The position numbers and the translations under genes were made by a program. DNA of 64,000 nucleotides from Octopus vulgaris (taxonomy: Eukaryota), in NCBI GenBank assembly GCA_951406725.2, contig OX597815.1, positions 150,226,001 through 150,290,000 of the forward strand. Direction: 5' to 3'. A model generated the notes under the pieces. That model searched no databases and was not told the origin of the DNA. It worked only from the letters and a program-made list of their open reading frames with translations. Positions 14,656-27,041 of this stretch are shown in pieces (within the stretch, counting starts at the first letter, position 1; each line of letters opens with the position of its first letter).

Positions 14656-14715
14656 AGTAAAACTCCGAGTTTCGGATGTCGGGGCGGAAATCTGCTCCGG
14701 CATCTCGTCAGTTAT
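14656..14715 (-). ncRNA. Type I hammerhead ribozyme motif, intact core
   Basis: ataa-CTGACGA-gatgccggagcagatttccgccccgacatcc-GAAA-ctcggag-TT-ttac: long pairing stem II, stem III ctc/gag, GUU cleavage triplet. Confidence 0.75.
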
Positions 14716-14738
14716 CAAGGCGATCAAAAAATGCCTTC

Positions 14739-14797
14739 ACAACCGACGAGATACCGGAGCAGATTTCCACCCCGACATCTGAAACTCGGAGTTTTAT
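14739..14797 (+). ncRNA. Hammerhead motif, second copy (core CCGACGA, U4 to C)
   Basis: acaa-CCGACGA-gataccggagc...cccgacatct-GAAA-ctcggag-TT-ttat. Confidence 0.6.
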
Positions 14798-14901
14798 TAT
14801 GGCAACCAAATAATTGTCACATATTATATTACAGATAAATTCCTCTATTTCCATAATATCTGGGTTACATTGATTCATTTATCATACCATTCCTACTGAT
14901 A

Positions 14902-14951
<50 letters not shown>

Positions 14952-15031
14952 ATCGTTTTTTTTATTAAAAACATAAAACCAGGGAAGAAGCACACTCTAA
15001 GAAGTAGAGCAGTCCATGTTTATTACTCGTG

Positions 15032-15089
15032 AAGGCCGGTTTGGGTTTCTCGCCATAAAGGTTACCTTCATGACTTATCGTCAGACCTT
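15032..15089 (-). ncRNA. Degenerate hammerhead motif in a short element between (TA)n tracts
   Basis: aaggt-CTGACGA-taagtcatgaagg-taa-cctttatggcga-GAAA-cccaaaccgg-cctt; stem II pairs, but no clear cleavage triplet. Confidence 0.45.
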
Positions 15090-15207
15090 AACCCCTATTC
15101 TTACCCAGGGTAACACTTTAAACCGGTTTTCACCACTAATATATATGTGTGTGTATATATATATATGTATACATATATATGTATGTAAATGTATATGTAT
15201 ACATATA

Positions 15208-15258
<51 letters not shown>

Positions 15259-15686
15259 CAACATTTAATAAAATGATGTAGTACGTAACGATTGTACCAA
15301 ATTACCGGAGTCATTCTTGTTGCTTATTTTGGTTATAATCACCCCACAAATTTTTATGGATAACACCATACAAAATTCTGGTGCATCTAAATTAAGTACC
15401 ACTGCTTTAATATCTCCCCTTCGTCGTTTGGGCTTTTTTTTTTGTGAATTCTCACTATATATATATTTAAAATAGAAATATGTTACAAAAAGAAGATAGA
15501 AACTACACGTGGTAATGTAAGGGGAATGTAAGAAAAATAAACGAAAATGCACATTGTAAATACAAAAAGTAAAAGCTTTCTATGAAAAGTAACGAATGAT
15601 ATATACAATTAGATGAACTGAGGTAGGAATAAAAGTAATATAAATATATACGTATCTATATATGAATATAAATATATATGTATGTA

Positions 15687-15728
<42 letters not shown>

Positions 15729-15747
15729 AATATATATGTTTATATAC

Positions 15748-15794
<47 letters not shown>

Positions 15795-15798
<4 letters not shown>

Positions 15799-16215
15799 AG
15801 GGAGTATCCAAAAGCAACCGGAAACTTTCTCTGTGAAACAAACCCGTTGTAGTTCGGGGGCTGCCGCTAGAAGCCACTCAATGTGACCCTCAGGCCTCAG
15901 TCTGTCGACCGATGTCGTCGACTAGAGTCCTACTGCCACGTGGTACCTCATTGTTTTGCAATACTTCTTCCCTATTCGTTGAATTTTGTGATGGCTAATA
16001 CGAGGGAATAGCATTTTTCTGTGAAATTCTGCTTTCTGCTGGGGAAAACGATGGGCAAAATATTTTTCGTGCTTCAAACAGCTTAGAAGGAAGCTGCAAT
16101 GAGGAAAACACATGTTTACGAGTGGTTTCCGCGCTGTAGGAATGGTCACTTGTCGCTTGGGGACCAGCCGCTTCCAGGACGACCGTCGACCGCTCGAACA
16201 AATGAAAATATTATG
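15795..16215 (+). mobile_element. 5' part of a mariner transposon (HTH domain pseudogene)
   Basis: ATG at 15991; VKFCFLLGK...VYEWFPRCRNGHLSLGDQPLPGRPSTARTNEN with the GRPS motif; begins at (TA)n. Confidence 0.8.
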
Positions 16216-17005
16216 CATTAAGCGCAGGAGTGCCTTGTTGTAAGTAGCTTGCTTACTTCCGGTTACCCAGAATGCAACACTAGTTGGTCTGGACTGTTGT
16301 AGAGAGAAGACGTGAGTTTTGGCTCCATTAATAGAAAAAAGAACAAAAAGAAAAATTGTCAATTGTGTTCTCATCACCATAACGGTGAATTAAGAATTTT
16401 TGCTTGAAAATTCTTAGTGTGGCTTTTTTTCGCCAAATAATTTGTCAATACTAGCGGGCGTATCTCGCTAGAAAAAGTAGAATTTTACCGAACTGGAGTA
16501 CTTCAAGAATAACCCGGACTATTGGATTACCTGTTGGAGTATTATACAAAGGATTCCCTGTCTGTTCTATTTGTGAGGTTTTTCTTTTATTTTTCCCCTC
16601 TTCTAATCTTTCTTTCTCTTAAATTTTGGTTCATTCTTTTCATTATTTTAATTTCAGTTTCCTTTTCTTCTCTTATTTTCTTTTACTTCTATTTTTATTC
16701 GGTTTTACTTTTGTGGTGGACTGTTTTTTTTAACTACTTTCGAACAGTTTTTTTTTTTTGGGGGGGGGGGATGGCTGAGAAGGAAGTAAAAAGAAGAACT
16801 CTGTCTTAGAGTGAGAAATTAACCCGTCTAAGCAGTGGTTAAAAGATATGGAGGAGATGACGTGGTGGTTAGAACTTATTCTAAACTTCTTGATTCCATC
16901 ACCGTCTTCCCAAAACCAATTATAGAAAATGAACTGAAAGACTATTTGTCCTCTGTGAAATACATATCCCGTGATGTCAAACATGCAACTATATGGTTGC
17001 TGTTC

Positions 17006-17470
17006 GAATCGTGGAAAACGCGCCGGGACCGGTGTAAAACTAATTGAATGAAATAATACTGCAAAACACCATGTTTTGTGAGGTTACCCCCTCGTGCTTT
17101 GAATCGGGCAAAACGTGCCGGGACCGGTCTAAAACTAATTGAATAAAAGGATATTGCAAGCCTTCGGATTTTGGATTACCTCCTCGTCCTACGAATCGTG
17201 AAAAACGCGCCGAGGCCGGTGTAAAACTAATTGATTAATATGATATTGCTAACTTCGGATTTGGTGGCTTATCCCTTCGTGATACGAATTGTGGAAAATG
17301 CGCCGGGACCACTGTAAAATTAATTGGATACAATAATATTTCAAAACTCCGGGTTTGGGTGGGGTTGCTTCCTCGTGCTTTGTATGGTGGAAAACGCACC
17401 GGGACCAGTGTAAAATTAATTGAATAAAATATTTCAAAATTACAGGTTTTTGGTGGGATTACCCCCTAGT
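17006..17470 (+). repeat. Minisatellite: five diverged units of about 94 bp
   Basis: Unit starts at 17006, 17101, 17193, 17286 and 17382; core gaaaacgcgccgggaccggtgtaaaactaattga. Confidence 0.9.
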
Positions 17471-19027
17471 GTATATATGCATATATATGTATATACATGT
17501 CTGTGTGTGTGTGTTTGTGCGTGTGTGTGCGATCTCTGTAGTAAATATATAAGCGGGGAAAATTTAACTATTTCTTCGTAGATTAAAAAAAGGCGATCAG
17601 CAGCGCTAATTGATATTCGAACGTTATTGTGTTTTTATCGGTGTTCACATTGCTTCAATCAAGCATCCAATCGATTTATATACTCAACAGATCTAGTCAC
17701 TACAAAGAACTGGAGCTACTAATTTGTATACCATAGGCACTTAACGCTTCATTCAATATCAGCAGCCTGTCAACAGCGTTCTTAGTCTACACAGCATGAT
17801 ATAATAAATGTATACATGCTACTGACATTCCCTCAATTACGACCATGAGGCTTCCGGTTGATCCGGAATGGCCTGTTCGTGAAATTAACGAGCAAGTGAC
17901 TGAATACTCCACAGACAAGATTGAGATGGAAAGCGCTACTCACGAAGTTTTACTTGAATATTCCGAAGAAATATTTGTGAACGCAGAACAACTGAATGAG
18001 TTTAAGCTACGTCAGTAATAGACAAACATATTGTGTTCGGTTCCCTGTAAACCTCAAATACAGTACCGATTCAAATGTTATAAATTCGTCTGTAGCGTAT
18101 GACTGCTTGTGGCAGCAGCCGACTATGCAAACTAACGTAAGAAGTGAAACGAAAAATGTCACACGACGTTTATAAATTTCCAGATGATGGCTTACAAACG
18201 TCATTTGTCGGCATTTTAAGAGAAGAAAGAAGAAAAAGCATTATTTAAAATTATTTAAAATCTATTACTTCCATTCTGTCGAGATATCTTGTGGTATTTT
18301 TGCCATCTCCTTCCGAGATGTCTTCTTTGGCTGACTGACTTCCTACGCTGATTTATTTCTCGGCTACTTTTAGTATAGCTCCTTCTGCTGGAAGTATGCG
18401 AGTTGTACATAATTTCTTCCGTTCCTCTAAACAAAGGTACCATACTACAGAGACAGGAGATCTGGAAAGCAAGAGAAATGAGTGTTGATAAATCGGGAAT
18501 TCAATACGAAAACGTCCAATGTGATAACATCTCTTGTGACGCTTGCATTGTAATGTAAATGAGAAGCAATGCCAGGAGCAAAATAGCAAAACCGAATGAA
18601 AATATTGTGCTATATATATCATCAGCATGAAAATTTGTTATTCTTTTATACGTACTGAATTAAAGGGATCTTCGCCAGAACAGCGTTTCATTCCTTTTGT
18701 GGGACTTTTGTGATCTCCTTCGTGGAATGCAGCCTCTTCTGATTAGTTTTACCTCTTAGTTCCATGTAATTCTTGATTTTCTGCTTTCTCCTCTTTATAT
18801 TTCTTGTTGACTCGATTTGTACCATTTAACACACGCCATATAATCATTAGACGCATAATATATATACACCCTGTATGCGATTCGTCTGATATCCAGTTGT
18901 TCATTCCGCTCCGCTGAACCAACATATTAAGCCATAACTTTATGTATAATTTAGTCAACAACGTTGACTGATTTGCACTAGTAGATCGCCCGATCGAAGA
19001 AAATAGTGTAATATTAGCGCTACATAC

Positions 19028-19097
<70 letters not shown>

Positions 19098-19099
19098 CC

Positions 19100-19290
19100 G
19101 GCATTCGGCATGATAGATCGCTAACCACTAAACCGTTTTCTATCTTCTCTTGCTTCTTATTTCTGTGTTCCTTTCTGTTGAAGAGCGTAGGCTCAAGACG
19201 TAAAAGACTTTCTCACTTTTAGAACGTTAAACTAATACATGTTTGTTGTTTAAACACCCATTTTTTTTGTTTTTTTTTGCAAATGCTCAC
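19100..19290 (+). mobile_element. Penelope-like short element with a variant HHR, between microsatellites
   Basis: cttt-CTGTTGA-agagcgtaggctc-(aaga)-cg-TA-aaag at 19171-19206; same family as 26810-27015 and 28240-28395. Confidence 0.55.
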
Positions 19291-19364
<74 letters not shown>

Positions 19365-19380
19365 GGAGACCCACCGTTTT

Positions 19381-19426
<46 letters not shown>

Positions 19427-20556
19427 CACACGGTGGGTCTCCTATTTCCGCTAATCAAACTCGCTCACAAGATAGAGCAGAAGACACTTAAACAAGATGC
19501 CGCGCAGTGACTACAAAAGAGTTTCTTAACACAGCACACTTATGTCGGCACCTATCTATTAAATAATATCAACAAATTTCATTGAAAGAAACATCTCAGA
19601 ATTTATGCTAGAGTTAATGACATCAAATTCTGTATAATCAACAGATAAGAAACTGTAAAACAATCCAAAAATCGGGTATGCTAATTCGGTAGTTTTGTTT
19701 TTAAATATCCTCTTTTACTTTGTTACAAGCCCAGCAATTTTCAGTGGTGGAAAACTTGACCCCAGTACTCAACTGGGACTTATTTCATCGACTCCGAACG
19801 AATGAAAGGCAAAATGGAAGTCAGCAGTTTTGTAACAGAGAAAGTAAAAGACAAAATACCACTGAGAATTTTGCAAGGTGTGCTAACAACTCTGTCATAT
19901 CGTCACCTTCGCTATTTTTTTAAATATCATAAAAGATATTACACCGAGAGCTTCACAAAAATTTACTCACCGCATAAACATCCAGTGCATCGAAAGACAG
20001 GCACTTATCACCGCAACAGATAGTCTATTTATTCCAAATGAAGGTTATTCTATGATATAAATTTTACTTGGTTTCATACTTACGGAGCAAATGTGCATGA
20101 TAATTAGTTAGGGACAAATGTTTAATTGGTTAGATATTTACTAATCAGCGATGACCGGATAATGAAATATGATATGTGGAGATATGTACAAGGCTGAATA
20201 TTGATTACTGAAATGAGAACATGACATATATGATTACATAATATGGAATTAACTGTTGTTTTCGTTAACAATTTAACGCATAAGTGCTATGCAATCATTT
20301 CATTAGACATTGAGACGCAAAGCTAAATTATGTATCTTCATATAGAGTGTATGAGTCTCTTTTTCACTGCAAAGCTTCATGAATAGATGAAACAATTAAC
20401 GAAAGAATATTACGTAGTGATATCCACTCATTCTCGATCATGGGTGTGAGTCATGTTATTATTATTGCTGTTACTATTCCGCCGAGGTTGACTTGGCCTT
20501 ATATACTTTCGGAGTCGATAAATTAAAAACCAGTGAAACACTCGGGTCGTTATCTT

Positions 20557-21342
20557 ACCTTGTTTGAAGTGAAATTCTGTACCCCACACCCCATTTGCAG
20601 AGTACAGAATTTCACTTCAAACAAGGTGAAGCATTTAAGATAAAGGGAAATTTCTCTTAATCTATGTTATTACCTGCTTAGGTTGCGAAAACTACTATAT
20701 AGGCCAAACATGAATGTCCCTCAGACGAAGAACAAAATGTCACAAAAAAGCAAATCCGCTTCCCAAACTATAGACATATACAGGTCAGTGAGCACATAGA
20801 ACCTGAAGTTGCTGGGAACCTTAGACCAAACATCTCAGTGCAGCAAAGGGTAGATAAAAAAGCAACTTTCATTAATATCAACCACAATTTAACATGAACC
20901 CATAACTTAATACAGGAAACTACTAACCTTACTAATACCAATAATCCCACTAATCCTCATACATCGCACATACTATTCCTATTCTAGCAATCATATCTAC
21001 AGTAATTGCATCACTTTCAGAACTGCTTACCTCCTTTGCATGTAATCTTTTCACTCAGGTACTATTAGACCCAACAGCGTTTGGAAATCAGTGTTGACTC
21101 AAAGTCAGTGATCAGCTCTGACGAAACCGGTATGACTTTGAATTTCTATAATGACTCATAAAGATGATTTCTATATTTTCTAATTCCACCTCAGATCATT
21201 ATTTGGATGTATATGTCTTTGTTTTTTTTTTTATTTTAAAAAAGCCATTACTTGTATACCTAATGTGTATTTCCTTTGTTTCTTTTTACTTGCCCCTAAT
21301 TATACCACGTGTAATGCTTTTTCGTTGAAACCTGTTTCTATT
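20557..21342 (+). mobile_element. 5'-truncated Penelope-like retroelement: GIY-YIG remnant plus HHR-bearing 3' region
   Basis: From 20657: LIYVITCLGCENYYIGQT*MSLRRRTKCHKKQIRFPNYRHIQVSEHIE; HHR at 21099-21141; ends at (GATA)n; 26-bp inverted duplication at the 5' junction. Confidence 0.85.
21099..21141 (+). ncRNA. Minimal hammerhead motif with mutated core
   Basis: tcaaagtca-GTGATCA-gctctgac-GAAA-ccgg-TA-tgactttga: perfect 9-bp stem I, palindromic stem III, two core substitutions. Confidence 0.65.
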
Positions 21343-21406
<64 letters not shown>

Positions 21407-21689
21407 ATTTATGTAGAGCTATATACATGTCTTCTTAGCAAATTTATATCTATATTTTTAAAGCTTTTTTAATATATTTTTAAGTGTATTTATATATTAA
21501 TATTTCTGTATATTTTTAGTACATGATTTTGTGCACATAATAGGTTTACAACAGAATATATTCCAGTAACCTATCTTTTGTCTCTCATCATTATTTTTCC
21601 TACTTTTCTATGGCTCAAACTTACTAAGCACTTCAATATGTCCTATATATAAAGAAAATTTCATCTCTAGAAAATAGATTATTTATATT

Positions 21690-22060
21690 ATTTTACTCTT
21701 TTATTTGTTTCAGTTATTTCAAAACGGCCATCCTGGAACACCCAGTATTTATTCTTTGTAAGCCTAGTACTTATTCTATCGGTAACTTTTGTCGAACCTC
21801 TAAGTAACGGAGGCGTAAACCCACCAGCATTCGTTGTCAAGCGATGCTGCGGAGACAAACACAGACATACGAACAAGCATACACACATATACATATATAT
21901 GACGGGCTTCTTTCAATTTTCGTCTTCCGAATCTACTCACAAGGCTATGGTCGGCCTGAGGCTATGGTTGAAGACATTTACCCCAGGTGCGTCGCAGTGG
22001 AACTGAATCCTGATCCATGTATGTTGGTAAGCAAGTTACTTACCACACAGCCATTCCTGC
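21690..22060 (-). mobile_element. SINE family B copy
   Basis: Reverse-complement match to 30963-31443. Confidence 0.85.
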
Positions 22061-22062
22061 TT

Positions 22063-22278
22063 CAAATGTTGGCACAAAACCAGCAATTTCGCGGGTGGGG
22101 AGGCAAGTCGATTATATCGATCCCAGTGCTTAACGGGTACTTATTTTATTGATCACAAGATGAAAGCCAAAGTCGACATGGGTGGAAGTTGAACTCAGAA
22201 CATAAAGTCGGACGAAATACCACTAAGCATTTTGTCCGGCGTACTAACTGTTCTCCCAGCTCACCGCTCACCGCCCTG
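22063..22278 (-). mobile_element. SINE family A copy
   Basis: Matches other family A copies. Confidence 0.85.
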
Positions 22279-23695
22279 ATATATAGTACCTCATGTCATG
22301 TTATGTTACATTATATTTTGTATTATATGTATTATATTTTGAATCATTTGTATTTCAGGTGAGATTGCATTATTATGGTTAACCAATGCTTAGAACTCGA
22401 TGTAAATTTATGTATAACCAATTTCCAGTTAAGTATGAAACAATTTGACCTCCGACTTTGTTTTATAATTAGATACAATCCTAAAGTAATGTTTTGGTGA
22501 ATAACGTTGGATTAAATTACTATTTCCTTCTGAAGACCTGCCGCGTCAATGTTATTATGCAATCGTCTGCGCAACGATTAACGCAGACTATATTCTAGTA
22601 TTCGCTTGCAAAACGCGTGTAATGATTATGTAATTTAAGATGTTATTGTAAAAACATAAGCTGATTTTCTTGTTTTACTCTGCTCTCGTATATATACAAA
22701 ATAATACTTGTTCATCTATCCTAGTCTATCACTAATTCATTCACCAAAATGTCAACCGTGTTCTGCTTATGAAGAATAGATCTATGATAACACTAATCGG
22801 CGCTCAATCAATCAGTCTTCTTTGACCGCAAAACCGTACCTCAGCGACCATTTACAATTGTCAAAATAACTACGGACCTCGGAATGTAATGTATCCCCTG
22901 ACTCATATGTTCTATTATTCTGTTATCACCGATTCATTTAACAAAGTGTTTTTCCCTCTCTTTCGAACCAAACACCCGTGATAGGCGAGGAAATTGGTAT
23001 TGACTCAGAGATTATCCGAAGATTAACCACAACCATTTCTTTAATTCTGAACATCTAAGATCAAATCGACAAAACTGAGAACTGATAATTGAGCGAAACA
23101 ACAAAAATATCCGAACACTCTTGAATATTGTTTGAACATAATTTCTCCACCTGTCTCAAGTGGAGATGCCATTTTGTAAACGCATTATCATAACACACCG
23201 TATTTCACCTCCACTAATAAAATAAAGATCGTGTATTTTGTCATCATTAAATATCCAGACTGGTTTATTATTTCTCTACTACCTGGCTGCCGAAACTGAT
23301 ACGATGTCAACACAACGATGATAATATTGATATCATAAGCCCAATGGACATATCAAACGTCAAAATATTAATATCCAAACTTCAAACTATTTTGTGATTA
23401 TTCTTCTTCTATAGATATTTCTGAAATATTTGTTCATATGTTTTAATATCAAATTATTTCATTTCGTTTTCTTTTTTTATTTTATATAAATTCACAAATC
23501 AATAGCTTTTATATAAGCCTCTTTAACGGTATAACCAATACACTTGATTTCAAAATTCTTTGTTATATTTCCTTTTTTATATAGAGATAGTGGCCACTTT
23601 TCAAATACTAATGATAAATCACTTGATTTTTTTTTTCCATTTTAAAAAATTTCATTGCATATTGTGTGTCGAGTTTCACATGAATTGCATCATAA

Positions 23696-23696
<1 letters not shown>

Positions 23697-23729
<33 letters not shown>

Positions 23730-23856
23730 GTCATCATCATCATCATCATCATCATCATAATCATCATCATCATCACCATCATCACCACCACTATCATCAT
23801 CGCCGTTGTCGTACTCGTCGTAATCCTCATCGTCATCCTAATCATCATCATCATCA
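23697..23856. repeat. (ATC)n-rich trinucleotide tract
   Basis: Direct inspection. Confidence 0.95.
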
Positions 23857-24751
23857 GGTTTAGACCCACGAGGTAACTCGGTGTGTTATAACAGCCTTTT
23901 ATTAGCTGAAATCGAGCTAAATCCATTGGACATTTAGCCTCACCAGATGGTGCGGGTCCTTATTTCTAACCGATTGAAATAGACTAAGAAGAAAATGAAG
24001 TGCTTTGCTCAACAGGGAATCAAAGTGATATATTCTCAACAGGGAATCAAGCCCATGACCTTACGATTGTCATCCGACACCGTAACCCTAAGTTCAAACA
24101 TATTCGCAAATATCTTTTATCTTTTACTTGACTCAGTCAACAGATTGCAATCACACTGGGAAATTCATTTGAAGAATTTCGTCAAACGAATTGATTCCAA
24201 TGCTTAAATTTTTTCTAAGTCTGGCATTTATACAAGCGGTCCTCTTTTGCGTTGAATTATTGAGCAAGGGGCTCTATTTCACACTAGTTTGGGTGACTCA
24301 ACTGTAGATGAATCAAGCACAGCCTCCGTTTCTGGATCTGCGGGGAATCATATTTTGTGGTAGTGGGGGAGGGGGCGAGAATAAGTCTATGTTTATTCGC
24401 GACTACACGGGCACCTAAAGCAATTAACGAAAGCAAGGTACGTGTTACACAGTCCTATTGACGACTGGCTGTATTATACATTTTGCAGTGCACTTTAGAT
24501 AAGTATCGGCATTAACCGATGGTTGAGCGAGCAAGGGGCTCTCATCCCGATCAAGGAGAGGTCGTATACTCACAATCACTTAGATGTCATGCAACTAAGA
24601 CAAGTTTCATTCTGATAAGTGAGTAGGCTTCAGGCGAACTTTTATCCGCAATACATTGTTAATGCATGTTGCATCTTCATACCGTAGATATTAAGAGATT
24701 GGGCGGTGATTGTATATTCGTCATTGTATATTTAGCACGTGTAGTCTAAAT

Positions 24752-24990
24752 GAACGTGGTTTAATGGTTATGGCGTTGCATTTGTGTTTGGAAGGTTGTG
24801 GTTTCGATTCCTGGATTGGGTGTTGTGTTGTTTTGTGTTCTTGTGCAAAACACTTTATTTCACGCTGCTCCGGTCCTTTTGTTTGTGTGTAACCCTACGA
24901 CAGACTGGTGTCCCGTTCGTGGACCTCGTTGAGCTCTCGAACACCTAAACCATGAAATTGAGTAAATGGCCCAGTGACTCATCGGAATCG
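24752..24990 (+). mobile_element. SINE family C (tRNA head plus CORE-like segment), diverged
   Basis: A-box-like tggtttaatgg, B-box-like ggtttcgattcc, then tgtgttcttgtgcaaaacactttatttcacg; homologous to 58815-59112. Confidence 0.65.
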
Positions 24991-26113
24991 GAACAACAAA
25001 CTCCAGGCGTTCATTATGATTTAATATTTCCCCTTACGAACTTCTATAGCAGTTGTGCTAACTGCCATGTTTTTCGTAGGGTTTAATTATAATGTCCTAT
25101 AATTTTGGAGAAATTTGCAGTTGTTTTACTTAAAACTGGAACTCTGGTAAATGATGATTGTTACTTGAATATACTAATGGTATTGTTTTTGTTGTTGTTG
25201 TTATTGTTGCTACTGCTGCTACTGCTGCTGCTGTAATTGTTGTTGCTTATATCCATTTCAGAGATAACAATGCAGACACATAATCATGTGTTCTCGCCAT
25301 TAACACCCACTTTCAATGCAAATATAGGACTACATATTCCAATATGTTCTTCCTTTTCTAGAGTAAAGAATATACAGATTTTGTTGTAAATTCACAGTCT
25401 ACAGTAATCCGTGGACGACAATTGTGGAAAGTATTATGTCATAGTTCTCGCTAACGTCATATCTTAACGAAGATGGTGTATTAATTACTTCACAATTAAC
25501 TGTAGCTGTCAGCCTCGTCTGACAGCTACAGATATGAAGAAGTCAGCTTAATCATATCACAGGCTCGTTATCGACCTTGTTCAGCTGACAACATCTAGGC
25601 ATTCATCTATTGTGAAATGACGTAGTGCCGTTAACTGAAGAAGAATAAGTCAGTTATAAAAATATGCTGCTACGATTCACAGCTTCAACACCCTTTGTTC
25701 ATTCACAGTTACTAATTGCAAAATATTTTTTTGTTGTTGGGCCTTCAGGTTGTTGGTCTAACAAATAAGTTTTAATATTGCATTTCAGATGCAATCGTAT
25801 TGTATCATGTCAATTAAAATTGCAGGAAATATTCATAATTGGGAAATACTTGGGGAACAAATGACCTCCTTGTTTTTGATTGGTTGTGAGATATTCTAAA
25901 CATCCTGAAGTATTTCATCTCAAAACCGATTTCGTAATATTGTTCCTTGCTTTAATTTGAAGATAACACATGATAAAAGGACAATGATCTGAAATACACT
26001 CAGGGAAGGAAATTACTCGACAAAGTCAGGTTGAAATGGAGACACTGGTTGTTGCAAACACTGCATGAAAAGTTTTAACGCCGATATAATTATTATTTAT
26101 ATATATATATATA

Positions 26114-26724
26114 TATAACAATTTAATAAATAAATCATATGCATACATACATACATACATATATGTACATACCTACATCTATATGTATATATACATGTAT
26201 ATATGGGTACAGGACACCACAAATAAACACAACGAGAAACGAAAACATAAAAACAAAACAAGGAAATGGCCTTTTTTAACAACGAAAGAACAGAGAACAA
26301 GACAAGCAACACAAGGAACATGTCCCTTCTTCAGCTGCCCCTGTTTAGACTCAATGCGTGTTTCGAAGGTAAGGGCAGAACACGACTAGGGGAAACAGTC
26401 CTTCCCGAAAAGCGAATTAAATAAAAAAATTTTGCGGAGGAGTAAAAAAGGTGACAAGAACAGGACGTAAAAGCAATACAAATAAAGAAAAAGCAGTACA
26501 AATAAAGATGTTTTTCTTTATATGTTTTGCTTTTACGTCCTGTTCTTGTCACCTTTTTTTTACTCCTCCGCAAAATTTTTTTATTTAATTCGTTTTGCTG
26601 GAAGGACTGTTTCACTTTAGTCGTGTTCTGCCCATACCTTCGAAACACGCATATATATATACATATAGATGTAGGTATGTACATATATGTATGTGTGCAT
26701 ATGTTTTATTTATTAAATTGTTAT
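26114..26724. repeat. Long inverted repeat between (TA)n tracts, probably Penelope-derived
   Basis: 26114-26492 pairs with 26511-26724; about 160 bp of the left arm (about 26195-26352) is missing from the right arm. Confidence 0.85.
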
Positions 26725-26762
26725 TATATGATCGAACGCACTCGTCGTCTTCTTCCAAGTAA

Positions 26763-26806
<44 letters not shown>

Positions 26807-26809
26807 ACG

Positions 26810-27015
26810 GGAAGGTTTACGAAAGTAAATAAAAGACTAAGGCAGGTGGAGTACAAACAAACAAATGTATTAGTATAGCGCTCAGGAATAGAAATGGAAA
26901 AAGGATATTACGTTTCGAGTCTACGTTCTTCGACAGATACACAGAAAAAAAAAACAAGGAGAGAAAAAGGAAAGAAAAAAAGGAGAGAAAAAAGGTGAGA
27001 AAAAAAGGAGAGAAA
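26810..27015 (-). mobile_element. Penelope-like short element with a variant HHR, in (TA)n
   Basis: Minus strand tat-CTGTCGA-agaacgtagactc-GAAA-cg-TA-ata at about 26905-26940; (TA)n on both sides. Confidence 0.6.
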
Positions 27016-27041
27016 AAAATATATATATATATATATATATA

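Larger units (their letters stand above)
14630..14900. mobile_element. ORF-less palindromic element of two head-to-head HHR-bearing arms, embedded in (TA)n
   Basis: Arms 14630-14721 and 14733-14824 (92 bp, 9 mismatches by manual count), then an unpaired extension of about 75 bp to (TA)n; (TA)n on both sides. Confidence 0.85.

Noticed and set aside
17006-17470. CRISPR-like array
   Set aside because: Whole units are mutually homologous with no unique spacers; no cas genes; eukaryotic context
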